Positions 1 through 7,657 of a stretch of DNA of 38,356 nt are shown piece after piece. Numbering within the stretch: position 1 is the first letter of the stretch; every line of letters begins with the position of its first letter. The translations under genes and the position numbers were made by a program. The stretch is from Acidobacteriota bacterium (GTDB lineage: Bacteria; Acidobacteriota; UBA6911; RPQK01; JADFOI01). The notes under the pieces were generated by a model. It ran no database searches. It was not told where the DNA came from and was given only the letters and a program-made list of their open reading frames with translations. The stretch covers positions 1-38,356 of the forward strand of contig JAZFRU010000208.1 in assembly GCA_036445815.1 (NCBI GenBank). The letters run 5' to 3'.

Positions 1-126
1 TTGCCCCGGTTGATCGAGCGCATCAAAGAGTTGCACCCTTATGAACTGCCGGAAGTGATCACGCTCCCGATTGAAGGCGGACATCCTCCCTATCTTGAAT
101 GGATAGTCTCAGAGACTACACAGTAG
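1..126 (+). CDS. cutA: Divalent-cation tolerance protein CutA, C-terminal fragment (5' end outside window)
   Basis: Frame 1 is open from the window edge to TAG at 124-126. The translation LPRLIERIKELHPYELPEVITLPIEGGHPPYLEWIVSETTQ carries the conserved HPYExPE...YLxW C-terminal signature of CutA1. Confidence 0.6.
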   Translation: MPRLIERIKELHPYELPEVITLPIEGGHPPYLEWIVSETTQ

Positions 127-127
127 C

Positions 128-250
128 ATGGGAGGCGCCTCAGTGCGCCGAATCCGGACGGGCGCACGCCGTGCGCCCCTACAATCCTTTTCGTGGAACG
201 TGGAACCTGGAACGTGAAACGCGGGCGAGCGGAGTGAGGCCGCTCCAAGT
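128..250. repeat. Composite REP-like intergenic repeat, locus 1 (modules B-A-H-D)
   Basis: B is TGGGAGGCGCCTCAGTGCGCCGAATCCGGA (129-158). A is the hairpin GGGCGCAC-GCC-GTGCGCCC (160-178) followed by CTAC. H is four tandem heptads CGTGGAA/CGTGGAA/CCTGGAA/CGTGAAA (192-219). D is the hairpin GAGCGG-N7-CCGCTC (227-245). The same modules recur at about 7.4, 15.1 and 21.5 kb. Confidence 0.85.
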
Positions 251-424
251 GTCAGGGAGCAACCGGGCGGTTGTGTCAACTGAGATTGGAGGGACAAGAA
301 AAAGGAAAGAACTTTCTTCGCTTCGCTCAGATAAAGGCGGCTTCTCTGTGTCTTAGTGTCTCTGTGGTGAAAACTTCTGGTGTCTTGGTGGTGAAGTCCT
401 GACCGGATTCTCCGCAGGCGGAGA

Positions 425-622
425 TTAAGACTCTTGAGAGGATTCTATCTTGGAGGCAGTTTCGCTCTTGGCACCCTCATCATGGCCGGTCTTCAGCGAG
501 CTTTTGAAGTTTCGAATACCTTCTCCCAGGCCCTTCCCCAGCTGTGGAAGCCGACTCGCCCCAAAGATCACAATCACGATCAAAAGGATGATAACTAACT
601 CTGACATTCCCAGGGTTCCCAT
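425..622 (-). CDS. tatA: Twin-arginine translocase subunit TatA/E
   Basis: 65 aa. The N-terminus [40 protein letters not shown] has the canonical TatA transmembrane helix, FG hinge and amphipathic helix. An AGAGG SD lies about 9 nt upstream of the ATG at 622. Confidence 0.85.
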   Translation of the reverse strand: MGTLGMSELVIILLIVIVIFGASRLPQLGKGLGEGIRNFKSSLKTGHDEGAKSETASKIESSQES

Positions 623-640
623 AAATTGTACCTCTACTTC

Positions 641-669
641 ATCTTACGCCCGGAGGCCCCGACTGTCAA
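641..669 (-). promoter_or_regulatory. Sigma70-like promoter for tatA (TTGACA-17-TAAGAT)
   Basis: The reverse complement of 641-669 reads TTGACAgtcggggcctccgggcgTAAGAT. The -10 element lies about 19 nt upstream of the tatA ATG, between the selB stop and the tatA start. Confidence 0.5.
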
Positions 670-745
670 TAAAACCCGGATTGTGCATGGGGCTCGTCAC
701 GAAGCGCCTTCGGAGATGCCGTAGAGAATGTGTGAGAAATGCGGG

Positions 746-2668
746 TTAAAGGACCACCCTCTTGTCTCCCGTGCGTCGAGTCACTCGCTCACGATCCAGG
801 TACTCGAGAAAGGGGATGGCGTACTTGCGGCTGATCTGAAAGAGCTCCTTGAATTCCGGCACCGTAAAGGTTCTGCCACTCGGAAATGATTTCGTTAAAC
901 GGGTCTTGAGGGAGTCGATCTGGGCGGCCGCCACCACGACATCTTCACTGATTCTGACCAGGTCTCCCTGCTGCAGGAGAAAATAGTAGAGATTTCGAAT
1001 AAAAGTCGCATCTTGTGGAAATAGCCTGACGAGTTCGTCCAGGCTGGGTGGCTGAAGCCCTTTTTTCCCCGTCAACTCTAAAATGTCCATCTTGAGCGTC
1101 TCCTGCTCGGAATTCAGGGTCACCTGGCGTCCGTGCAGGGATACAACGCTACTGCTGGCCGTGATTTTATCTTCGTCCTCGAGAGTCTTCAAGAGGAACT
1201 GAAAGTGGGAATTGGGAGCCCGGCTGAAGAACCTCTCCCTGAGTTCTTCCCGGGACATTCCGGTGGCCAACGGGTGATTGGAGTGAAATTGTTCCAGATA
1301 CTCTACAATCTGGGCCTTCAGAATCTCCAGATCCGCCTTGCGAACCGCCCAAATGGGGTCCTGTTGGATCAGAACGACTGAATCCAGCTTGCCCAATAGA
1401 TCCAGCAGATGATCCTCCAGAAGACCGGTACGTGCCACGAGAGCGGCCAGCGACATTCCCGCATGACCGTGCAGACCCACCAGGTAATCGGTGAGGATAC
1501 TGTCGATGTTCGGATCCTTGTCATTCAATGCTGACCAGATCTTCTTCAATTGTGGAACCACCCTCGCCAGATCCTTGTGATGGTGTTTGGGTGGGTTGGC
1601 ATCCAGAACAATGCCTCCTCCAATAGTCGTCATGGGCGAGTAGCGGCGCAGAATGAAGTGGTCCCTGGGACAGCACACCGAAGCACTCTGGAATCTCAGT
1701 TGGGCAAGACCGGAATGGCCAGGGGTGAGTTCCTCTTCTTCCAGAAGATGTACTCGACCGATGAGTTCAGCGCTCCCGTGGTGAAATCTAATGGCCCCCC
1801 GGTTTTTCAGGGCCTTGGGTGCAGAGGGCAGTAAGTGGATGACAGCATCGAGCATGGAGGAGGGAGTAAAGGTGTTGGAGCGCGCGATGACCATCCCTCT
1901 CAAGAGGTCTTCCCGTTCCACTCCGCTCAGGTTTAATGCCGCTCGTTGTCCGGACATCGCCAGTTCGGAGGGCTCGTTGAAGGTCTCGATGCTTCTCACT
2001 TTTCCGGTCTCTCCGCTTGGATGGATCGTGACCGTTTCTCCCTTCTTGAGCACCCCGGCATAGGGTGTGCCGGTGATGACCGTCCCGAATCCGCGAATCG
2101 TGAATACCCGGTCGATAGGAAGGCGGAACACTCGCTGAGCGTTGTCAGCGGCCAGAAAGGTTTCCTCCGACTTTTCGATTTCCTGCCGGAGTGTTTCCTT
2201 GAGAAGTTCCACCCCGTCGCCTGATACGCTGTCTACGGCGACAATCGGAGCCTTCTCCAGAGGGCTGTCTGCCACGAGCTCGCGAACCTCCGCTTCAACC
2301 ACCGAGATGAGTTCTTCGTCAGCCAGGTCTTTCTTGGTGATGGCAATGATTCCTCTGGGGATTTCCAGTAGTTTGCAAATCTGGAAATGTTCAACCGTTT
2401 GGGGCATCACAGATTCATCTGCCGCTACAACCAACAGGACCAGATGAATTCCACCAATCCCGGCCAGCATGTTCTTGACAAACTTCTCATGTCCCGGAAC
2501 ATCGATGAAACCCACGGGCGTCGCTCCCAGGACCATGTGGGCGAACCCGATGTCGATACTGATACCGCGGCGTTGTTCTTCCTCCAGACGATCGGTGTTG
2601 ATTCCGGTCAAGGCCTTCAGAAGCGTGGTTTTTCCGTGGTCGATGTGTCCAGCTGTTCCTATGATCAC
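746..2668 (-). CDS. selB: Selenocysteine-specific translation elongation factor SelB
   Basis: 640 aa with a GTG start. The N-terminal GTPase shows [19 protein letters not shown] and TKKD motifs with SelB-specific context ([21 protein letters not shown]). The long C-terminal extension fits winged-helix SECIS-binding domains. Confidence 0.9.
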   Translation of the reverse strand: MIIGTAGHIDHGKTTLLKALTGINTDRLEEEQRRGISIDIGFAHMVLGATPVGFIDVPGHEKFVKNMLAGIGGIHLVLLVVAADESVMPQTVEHFQICKLLEIPRGIIAITKKDLADEELISVVEAEVRELVADSPLEKAPIVAVDSVSGDGVELLKETLRQEIEKSEETFLAADNAQRVFRLPIDRVFTIRGFGTVITGTPYAGVLKKGETVTIHPSGETGKVRSIETFNEPSELAMSGQRAALNLSGVEREDLLRGMVIARSNTFTPSSMLDAVIHLLPSAPKALKNRGAIRFHHGSAELIGRVHLLEEEELTPGHSGLAQLRFQSASVCCPRDHFILRRYSPMTTIGGGIVLDANPPKHHHKDLARVVPQLKKIWSALNDKDPNIDSILTDYLVGLHGHAGMSLAALVARTGLLEDHLLDLLGKLDSVVLIQQDPIWAVRKADLEILKAQIVEYLEQFHSNHPLATGMSREELRERFFSRAPNSHFQFLLKTLEDEDKITASSSVVSLHGRQVTLNSEQETLKMDILELTGKKGLQPPSLDELVRLFPQDATFIRNLYYFLLQQGDLVRISEDVVVAAAQIDSLKTRLTKSFPSGRTFTVPEFKELFQISRKYAIPFLEYLDRERVTRRTGDKRVVL

Positions 2669-2699
2669 AGCTCACATTGTAGTCGAAACAGAGGGAGTT

Positions 2700-2728
2700 T
2701 TGACAGCGAAGGAGAGGACTCGTAAAAT
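2700..2728 (+). promoter_or_regulatory. Sigma70-like promoter for ffh (TTGACA-17-TAAAAT)
   Basis: TTGACA is at 2700-2705, followed by a 17-nt spacer and TAAAAT at 2723-2728. This sits 26 nt upstream of the ffh ATG, in the divergent selB/ffh intergenic region. Confidence 0.55.
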
Positions 2729-2754
2729 GCGTCATTTTAGGTTGTTGTAGGGAA

Positions 2755-4086
2755 ATGTTAGAGAGTTTAGCGACCAAACTGCAGAAGACGCTCCGGAACC
2801 TGAAAGGTGAAGGGCACATCTCGGAACGCCACATCGAGGCCTCGATGCGGGAGATTCGCATGGCTCTTCTCGAGTCGGATGTTCACTTCACAGTGGTCAA
2901 GAACTTCGTTTCCAGAGTCAAGGGAAAGGCTTTGGGGGAGGAAGTGCTGCGTGATCTCATGCCCGGCCAGCAAGTGGTCAAGGTGGTGCGTGACGAGTTG
3001 ACGGAACTTCTAGGTTCGGAGGCGGTCGACCTGAAAATGTCCAAGACCTCTCCTACTGTCATCCTCCTGGTAGGGCTGCAGGGAAGTGGCAAGACGACCA
3101 GTACCGGAAAACTGGCGATGTGGCTGCGCAACAAGAAGTATCAGCCGGTCCTGGTCTCTACGGATGTATACCGTCCGGCCGCGATCGAGCAGCTTGCCAT
3201 CGTAGCCCACGAGGTCGATATCCCTGTTTATCAGGATGAAAGTCGTGATCCCGTCACTCTGGCCAGCCAGGCACTTCAACATGCACGCAATATGGGGTTT
3301 GATGTGCTGCTCATCGACACGGCGGGCCGTTTACACATAGACAGTGAGTTGATGACCGAGTTGGAGCGGATCACGACGGCCGTGAACCCGACTGAAACTC
3401 TCCTTGTGGCGGACGCGATGACCGGGCAAGATGCGGTCAATTCCGCAAAGGCGTTCGATGAGCGTCTCGATCTTTCAGGCGTGATATTGACGAAGATGGA
3501 CGGCGATACGCGCGGCGGGGCGGCCCTGTCCATCAAGACGATATCTGGAAAACCCGTCAAATTTATTGGAGTTGGCGAGAAATATGATGCGCTAGAGGTC
3601 TTTCATCCCGAGAGGATGGCCAATCGAATTCTTGGGATGGGCGATGTGTTGAGCCTGATCGAAAAGGCTGAACAGGTGGTGGATGAAGAAAAGGCCCAGC
3701 AGGTTCTCAAGAAGATCCAGCGAAATGAGTTTAGCCTGGAGGACTTTCGGCAACAACTTCTCCAGTTGCGCCAACTGGGGCCCTTGGAGGAGATTTTCAA
3801 AATGCTTCCCCAGACGGGCCCATTGAAGGGATTGAACAAGATGCAGGTCGATGAGAGACAACTTGATCATCTTGAGGCCATCATTAATTCCATGACGCTG
3901 GAGGAACGGGCCCAATATAAGAAGATCAATTCCTCACGGCGCAAGAGAATCGCCCGAGGGAGTGGACGGCCGGTTTCTGAGGTCAATCGTCTTTTGAAGC
4001 AGTATGTTCAGACCAAAAAGATGATGAATAAGGTAGGTAAAGGCTTTCTTGGCAAAGGCTTGAGCAAATTGAACTTTCCCATTTAG
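2755..4086 (+). CDS. ffh: Signal recognition particle protein Ffh
   Basis: 443 aa. It has an N domain, an SRP GTPase (GLQGSGKTTSTGKLA, DTAGR, TKMDGD) and a Met-rich M domain (GMGD...RRKRIARGSG). Confidence 0.95.
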   Translation: MLESLATKLQKTLRNLKGEGHISERHIEASMREIRMALLESDVHFTVVKNFVSRVKGKALGEEVLRDLMPGQQVVKVVRDELTELLGSEAVDLKMSKTSPTVILLVGLQGSGKTTSTGKLAMWLRNKKYQPVLVSTDVYRPAAIEQLAIVAHEVDIPVYQDESRDPVTLASQALQHARNMGFDVLLIDTAGRLHIDSELMTELERITTAVNPTETLLVADAMTGQDAVNSAKAFDERLDLSGVILTKMDGDTRGGAALSIKTISGKPVKFIGVGEKYDALEVFHPERMANRILGMGDVLSLIEKAEQVVDEEKAQQVLKKIQRNEFSLEDFRQQLLQLRQLGPLEEIFKMLPQTGPLKGLNKMQVDERQLDHLEAIINSMTLEERAQYKKINSSRRKRIARGSGRPVSEVNRLLKQYVQTKKMMNKVGKGFLGKGLSKLNFPI

Positions 4087-4134
4087 TCGCTCTCTGGTAG
4101 AATAGGTCGTTACTTTACGTGGAGGTATACCAAC

Positions 4135-4377
4135 TTGCTCAGAATTCGCTTAAGTCGCCATGGAAGAAAAAAAGATCCTCACTATCGAGTGGTGGTGGCA
4201 GAAAAAAAGAATGCCAGAGACGGGCGCTTTATTGAAATTGTGGGGTTCTACAATCCTGCTCTGAAGCCCGTTCGGCTCCATCTGGAATTGAACCGTATTG
4301 ATCATTGGGTCGATCAAGGTGCCCAGCCATCGGAAACTGTCAGGAGCTTGATCAAAAAAGTTAAGCAATCGGCGTGA
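4135..4377 (+). CDS. rpsP: 30S ribosomal protein S16
   Basis: 80 aa, beginning MLRIRLSRHGRKKDPHYRVVVA. It uses a TTG start with GGAGG 9 nt upstream and sits in the conserved position after ffh. Confidence 0.9.
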   Translation: MLRIRLSRHGRKKDPHYRVVVAEKKNARDGRFIEIVGFYNPALKPVRLHLELNRIDHWVDQGAQPSETVRSLIKKVKQSA

Positions 4378-4517
4378 TCAAAGCAGATCTTGTTCTTTTT
4401 CGCGGCTTGAGTAGTTGATCCGGATGAGGCTCCTCGTGAGCCCTCTCAGTAGGACCCGATCTCGAGCCCATTGGATGCCTGGGATATCCAATCTTCAGTT
4501 TCGAAGGGAGGGACCTA

Positions 4518-4748
4518 ATGAAAGAGCTTGTTGAATTGATTGCGAAGGCTTTGGTGGACAGTCCTGATGACGTTGCCGTCAAGGAGATTGCGGGCGAGCA
4601 GACCATCGTCTTGGAGTTGAAAGTGGCTCAGTCGGATCTGGGCAAAGTCATCGGAAAGCAAGGACGTACAGCTCGCGCTATTCGAACCCTTCTAGGTGCT
4701 GCAGGAATGAAGATCCGAAAGCGATTCGTCCTGGAGATTTTGGAGTAG
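4518..4748 (+). CDS. KH-domain RNA-binding protein (UPF0109/YlqC-like)
   Basis: 76 aa with the [24 protein letters not shown] motif. A GGGAGGGA SD is present. Its position between rpsP and rimM is conserved. Confidence 0.8.
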   Translation: MKELVELIAKALVDSPDDVAVKEIAGEQTIVLELKVAQSDLGKVIGKQGRTARAIRTLLGAAGMKIRKRFVLEILE

Positions 4749-5267
4749 TTGCCCGAGTTCGCCAGTATTGCTCGAATCGTCAAGAGTCGTGGAATCCGAG
4801 GCGAAGTTGCAGCAGAACTTTTAACTGATTTCCCTGAACGTTTCTCCTCTCTACACCAGGTGCGCATTGTCAAGGAGGGATGTGAGTGTTGGGAACAGAT
4901 AGAGAAATATTGGTTTCATAAGGGACGCGTCATACTGAAGTTTCAGGGACGTGACCGACCTGAGGAAGTGGAAGGACTCATTGGCGGCGACATCCAGGTT
5001 GAGGAGGATCACCGGGTATCGCTTCCCGAGGGCAGCTATTTTCATTCTGATCTGATGGATTGCAGGGTCTTGGATGGTGGTGAGTTCCTCGGGACCGTCA
5101 CGGGAATTCAGGAAACGGGACCCGCAGGCTGCAATCTGGTAGTGAGGACTCCTGAAGGGAAAGACTTTCAAATTCCTTTGGTGAGAGAGTTTGTTTCGAA
5201 GGTGGATGTCGGGGCAGAGGAAATTCAGGTGGACCTTCCGCCAGGTCTCCGAGATAACACTTATTAA
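4749..5267 (+). CDS. rimM: 16S rRNA processing protein RimM
   Basis: 172 aa with a TTG start directly after the KH-protein stop. It shows IARIVKSRGIRGEV and a PRC-barrel C-terminus, and sits in the conserved position before trmD. Confidence 0.85.
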   Translation: MPEFASIARIVKSRGIRGEVAAELLTDFPERFSSLHQVRIVKEGCECWEQIEKYWFHKGRVILKFQGRDRPEEVEGLIGGDIQVEEDHRVSLPEGSYFHSDLMDCRVLDGGEFLGTVTGIQETGPAGCNLVVRTPEGKDFQIPLVREFVSKVDVGAEEIQVDLPPGLRDNTY

Positions 5268-5300
5268 GCCAGTTCGAGAGATCGACGATCCAATTGAGCG

Positions 5301-6020
5301 ATGCGAATCACGATAGTGACAATTTTCCCCCAGTTGTTCCGAGGGGTCTTTGATTTTGGGATGATCCGTCAGGCTGAGAAGAAAGCCCTGGTGGACACTC
5401 AGGTTGTGGACCTTCGAACCTTTGCTGAGGACCGGAGAGGTACCGTGGATGATCGTCCCTACGGCGGCGGAGACGGAATGGTGTTGAAACCGGATGTTGT
5501 TTCGAAAGCCGTCGAGCAGTGCCAGCAAGATGACCGGGAGGGACACGTTGTCTTGCTGTCTCCTCAGGGTAGGCGATTTGATCAAAGCAAGGCAAAGGAG
5601 TTATCTTTAAAGGCCCACTTCATTTTGATCTGTGGTCGTTATGAAGGAGTGGACCAGCGGGTGTCCGATCATGTGGCGGACGAGGAGATCTCGGTTGGAG
5701 ATTTTGTTCTCTCGGGCGGAGAGTTTGCGGCCCTTTTGATTGTGGATGCGGTCTGTCGCCTGGTGCCCGGTGTGGTAGGGAAGGGAGGATCAGTTCTCCA
5801 GGAGTCTTTCATGGACGGCTTGTTGGATTATCCTCACTACACCCGGCCGGCAGAGTTTCGAGGATGGAAAGTACCGGATGTCCTGCTTTCCGGGAACCAT
5901 GCCGCCATCGAGCAGTGGAGGCAGCGGGAAGCCCTCAGGCTGACACGCCGTCGTCGCCCCGATCTGTTGGGGGAAGAAATGGACTACGAAGACCACTTGG
6001 ATGAAACTGAGCAGAATTAG
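5301..6020 (+). CDS. trmD: tRNA (guanine37-N1)-methyltransferase TrmD
   Basis: 239 aa. Motifs include MRITIVTIFPQLF, DDRPYGGGDGMV, ICGRYEGVDQRV and SGNHAAI. Confidence 0.92.
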   Translation: MRITIVTIFPQLFRGVFDFGMIRQAEKKALVDTQVVDLRTFAEDRRGTVDDRPYGGGDGMVLKPDVVSKAVEQCQQDDREGHVVLLSPQGRRFDQSKAKELSLKAHFILICGRYEGVDQRVSDHVADEEISVGDFVLSGGEFAALLIVDAVCRLVPGVVGKGGSVLQESFMDGLLDYPHYTRPAEFRGWKVPDVLLSGNHAAIEQWRQREALRLTRRRRPDLLGEEMDYEDHLDETEQN

Positions 6021-6029
6021 AGGTGAGAT

Positions 6030-6371
6030 ATGAACTTGGTCGATAAGGTCGAGAAGCAATTTATACACGAGAACGTACCCAAATTCAGGGCCGGAGATAC
6101 GGTTCGTGTGAACGTGAAGATTCGAGAAGGGGAAAAGTTTCGAGTTCAGGCCTTCGAAGGGGTAGTTATTGCCATTCGGAAAAAGGGGTTAGGTTCCACG
6201 TTCACGGTACGCAAGGTCTCTTTTGGATATGGAGTCGAGCGGATTTTCCCTCTCTACTCACCCACCATAGAAACCATCGAAGTCGTCAAAAGGGGACGGG
6301 TAAGACGGGCTAAACTCTATTATTTGAGAGAACTCAGGGGGAAAGCCGCACGCATCAGAGAGAGACGGTAA
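6030..6371 (+). CDS. rplS: 50S ribosomal protein L19
   Basis: 113 aa. Motifs include [25 protein letters not shown] and RRAKLYYLR. Confidence 0.95.
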   Translation: MNLVDKVEKQFIHENVPKFRAGDTVRVNVKIREGEKFRVQAFEGVVIAIRKKGLGSTFTVRKVSFGYGVERIFPLYSPTIETIEVVKRGRVRRAKLYYLRELRGKAARIRERR

Positions 6372-6443
6372 ATCCTTGTTTCTCGGTGCAGGTTGCACGT
6401 TCCGTTTATCGAAAACTCTCCGATCTAATGGGGCACCGGTCCG

Positions 6444-6776
6444 TTGTCGGCACCTTCTAGGCGGCTATTACGGGTCACGAACGTGAGTAACCCTCCGAAT
6501 GAGTTTCCCTTTGTCCCTTTCCCCCCTGAAAGCAAGAGCGGAAAAGTTTTATTCGTGGTGTATGTTCTCTACTGTCTTGAGGTAGGGGTTTTTCTGGTCA
6601 TTTATCCTTGGATTCTCTCCTGGGAACAGAATTTTCTCCTCTATCAGTTTCCTTTTCTGAAGGCGCTGTTTCTTAACTTTTTCTTCCGTGGTGCTGTATC
6701 TGGGTTGGGAGTCGCCAATATCATCCTAGGGACTTGGGAAATTGCCCACAGTTACACATATTTTAGAAAAGCATAG
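6444..6776 (+). CDS. Hypothetical small membrane protein (start uncertain)
   Basis: 110-aa ORF with a TTG start and two or three hydrophobic segments (VLFVVYVLYCLEVGVFLVIYPW; GAVSGLGVANIILG). I recognised no family. It overlaps the next ORF by 35 nt if both maximal starts are used. Confidence 0.4.
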   Translation: MSAPSRRLLRVTNVSNPPNEFPFVPFPPESKSGKVLFVVYVLYCLEVGVFLVIYPWILSWEQNFLLYQFPFLKALFLNFFFRGAVSGLGVANIILGTWEIAHSYTYFRKA

Positions 6777-7386
6777 TTTCTCGACGCCGATCCGATTGGC
6801 CGTTTCCAATCGACTCGCCTTCCTGGAACTTGGCGCGCTCGATTATCTAAGACTGCTGTTCCGAACATCAGCGCACATCGTGCAGTGGCGCGAGAAGGAT
6901 CTCACCCGCCAGGAAAACAGAGTCTTCATTCAAGAGGGGGTGAATTTGGCCCGCCAGCACGACAAATTGTTCATCGTCAATACGCTCTTCGACTTGGCCT
7001 TCGAGGAACGTGCCGATGGAGCTCACCTGACATCTGGACAGGATCTCAGGGCGGCTCAAAGCGCACGAAAGTGCCTGTCAGGCAACGAAACTCTCATAGG
7101 GAAATCGGTTCATACTTTGGAGGAGGCAAAGAGGGCTGAGAGAGAGGGCGCCGAATATCTTCTGCTGGGCCCTATCTTTGATCCCCTCTCCAAGGCGTCC
7201 AGCGTTGCACCTCTTGGAACCGCGGTTCTGCGAAAAGTGGTTGAAGCAGTGGAGATCCCGGTTTTTGCTATCGGAGGTATCGAAGAACCGCATTTCGAAG
7301 ACATCTTGAAGACGGGAGCCCGTGGTGTAGCCGGCATCACCTGGGTCCACCGGGAAGTGGAGAGGATGCTGACCCCTGACCGCTGA
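6742..7386 (+). CDS. thiE: Thiamine-phosphate synthase (ThiE-like)
   Basis: ThiE-type motifs are present: VQWREKDL, ADGAHL, IGKSVH, LLLGPIF and PVFAIGGI. There is no ATG start. The candidates are TTG 6742 or in-frame TTG 6796. Confidence 0.7.
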   Translation: MPTVTHILEKHSFSTPIRLAVSNRLAFLELGALDYLRLLFRTSAHIVQWREKDLTRQENRVFIQEGVNLARQHDKLFIVNTLFDLAFEERADGAHLTSGQDLRAAQSARKCLSGNETLIGKSVHTLEEAKRAEREGAEYLLLGPIFDPLSKASSVAPLGTAVLRKVVEAVEIPVFAIGGIEEPHFEDILKTGARGVAGITWVHREVERMLTPDR

Positions 7387-7655
7387 CCGCTGGTCTTCGA
7401 CCAGCGGGTTTCACGTTCCACTTTCCAAGTTCCACGTTTAAAGAAAAGAAGAGTAGGGGCGCACGGTGTGCGCCCACGAATCAGATGGCAAGGCCAATGT
7501 AGCGGCCGCTCTGTGAGCGGTCTCGCTGACGCTCGACCGCGTTCCACGTTCCAGGTTCCACGAAAAGGATTGTAGGGGCGCGCACGGCGTGCGCCCACCG
7601 ATCAGCAGGCAAGCCCAATGAACTGGCTACTCTTGGAGCGGCTCTCCAGAATCGG
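7387..7655. repeat. Composite REP-like repeat, locus 2 (C then two tandem inverted H-A-D units)
   Basis: Hairpin C, CCGCTGGTC-TTC-GACCAGCGG, is at 7387-7407, 1 nt after the thiE stop. Reverse heptads are at 7408-7435 and 7541-7561. Reverse A hairpins are at 7457-7475 and 7576-7596. The D hairpin is at 7506-7520. Confidence 0.85.
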
Positions 7656-7657
7656 CA

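Noticed and set aside
270-300. CTGAGA motif as a possible TPP riboswitch core, and a search for a B12 box near the radical SAM gene (31067-31156)
   Set aside because: No accompanying conserved TPP elements (the ACCTGATCTGGATAATGCCAGCG-like arm) are present, and no thiamine gene lies downstream. No GCCACTG B12 box occurs in the radical SAM leader.
99-356. 85-aa plus-strand ORF, and the 62-aa antisense ORF at 109-297, covering the first intergenic repeat
   Set aside because: The translation (…RAHAVRPYNPFRGTWNLERETR…) simply reads through the hairpin and heptad modules. The same pseudo-peptide appears in the 7110-7598 minus-strand ORF, which covers the inverted copies. There is no SD and no coding-like composition.
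409-424. Hairpin TCTCCGC-AG-GCGGAGA immediately after the tatA stop, as a possible intrinsic terminator
   Set aside because: With full pairing the loop would be only 2 nt, and no U-tract follows on the tatA strand. It is too weak to annotate as a terminator without transcript data.
7408-7561. Possible CRISPR array or iteron-type replication origin suggested by the short tandem repeats
   Set aside because: The repeat unit is only 7 nt with no unique spacers, so this is not a CRISPR array. There are no cas genes, no rep, dnaA or par genes, and no AT-rich unwinding region nearby, so it is not an origin.
7110-7598. 162-aa minus-strand ORF spanning the thiE 3' end and repeat locus 2
   Set aside because: It runs antisense to a well-supported thiE-like CDS and then translates the repeats (ARPYNPFRGTWNVERG). 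It is an artefact of the repeat sequence.
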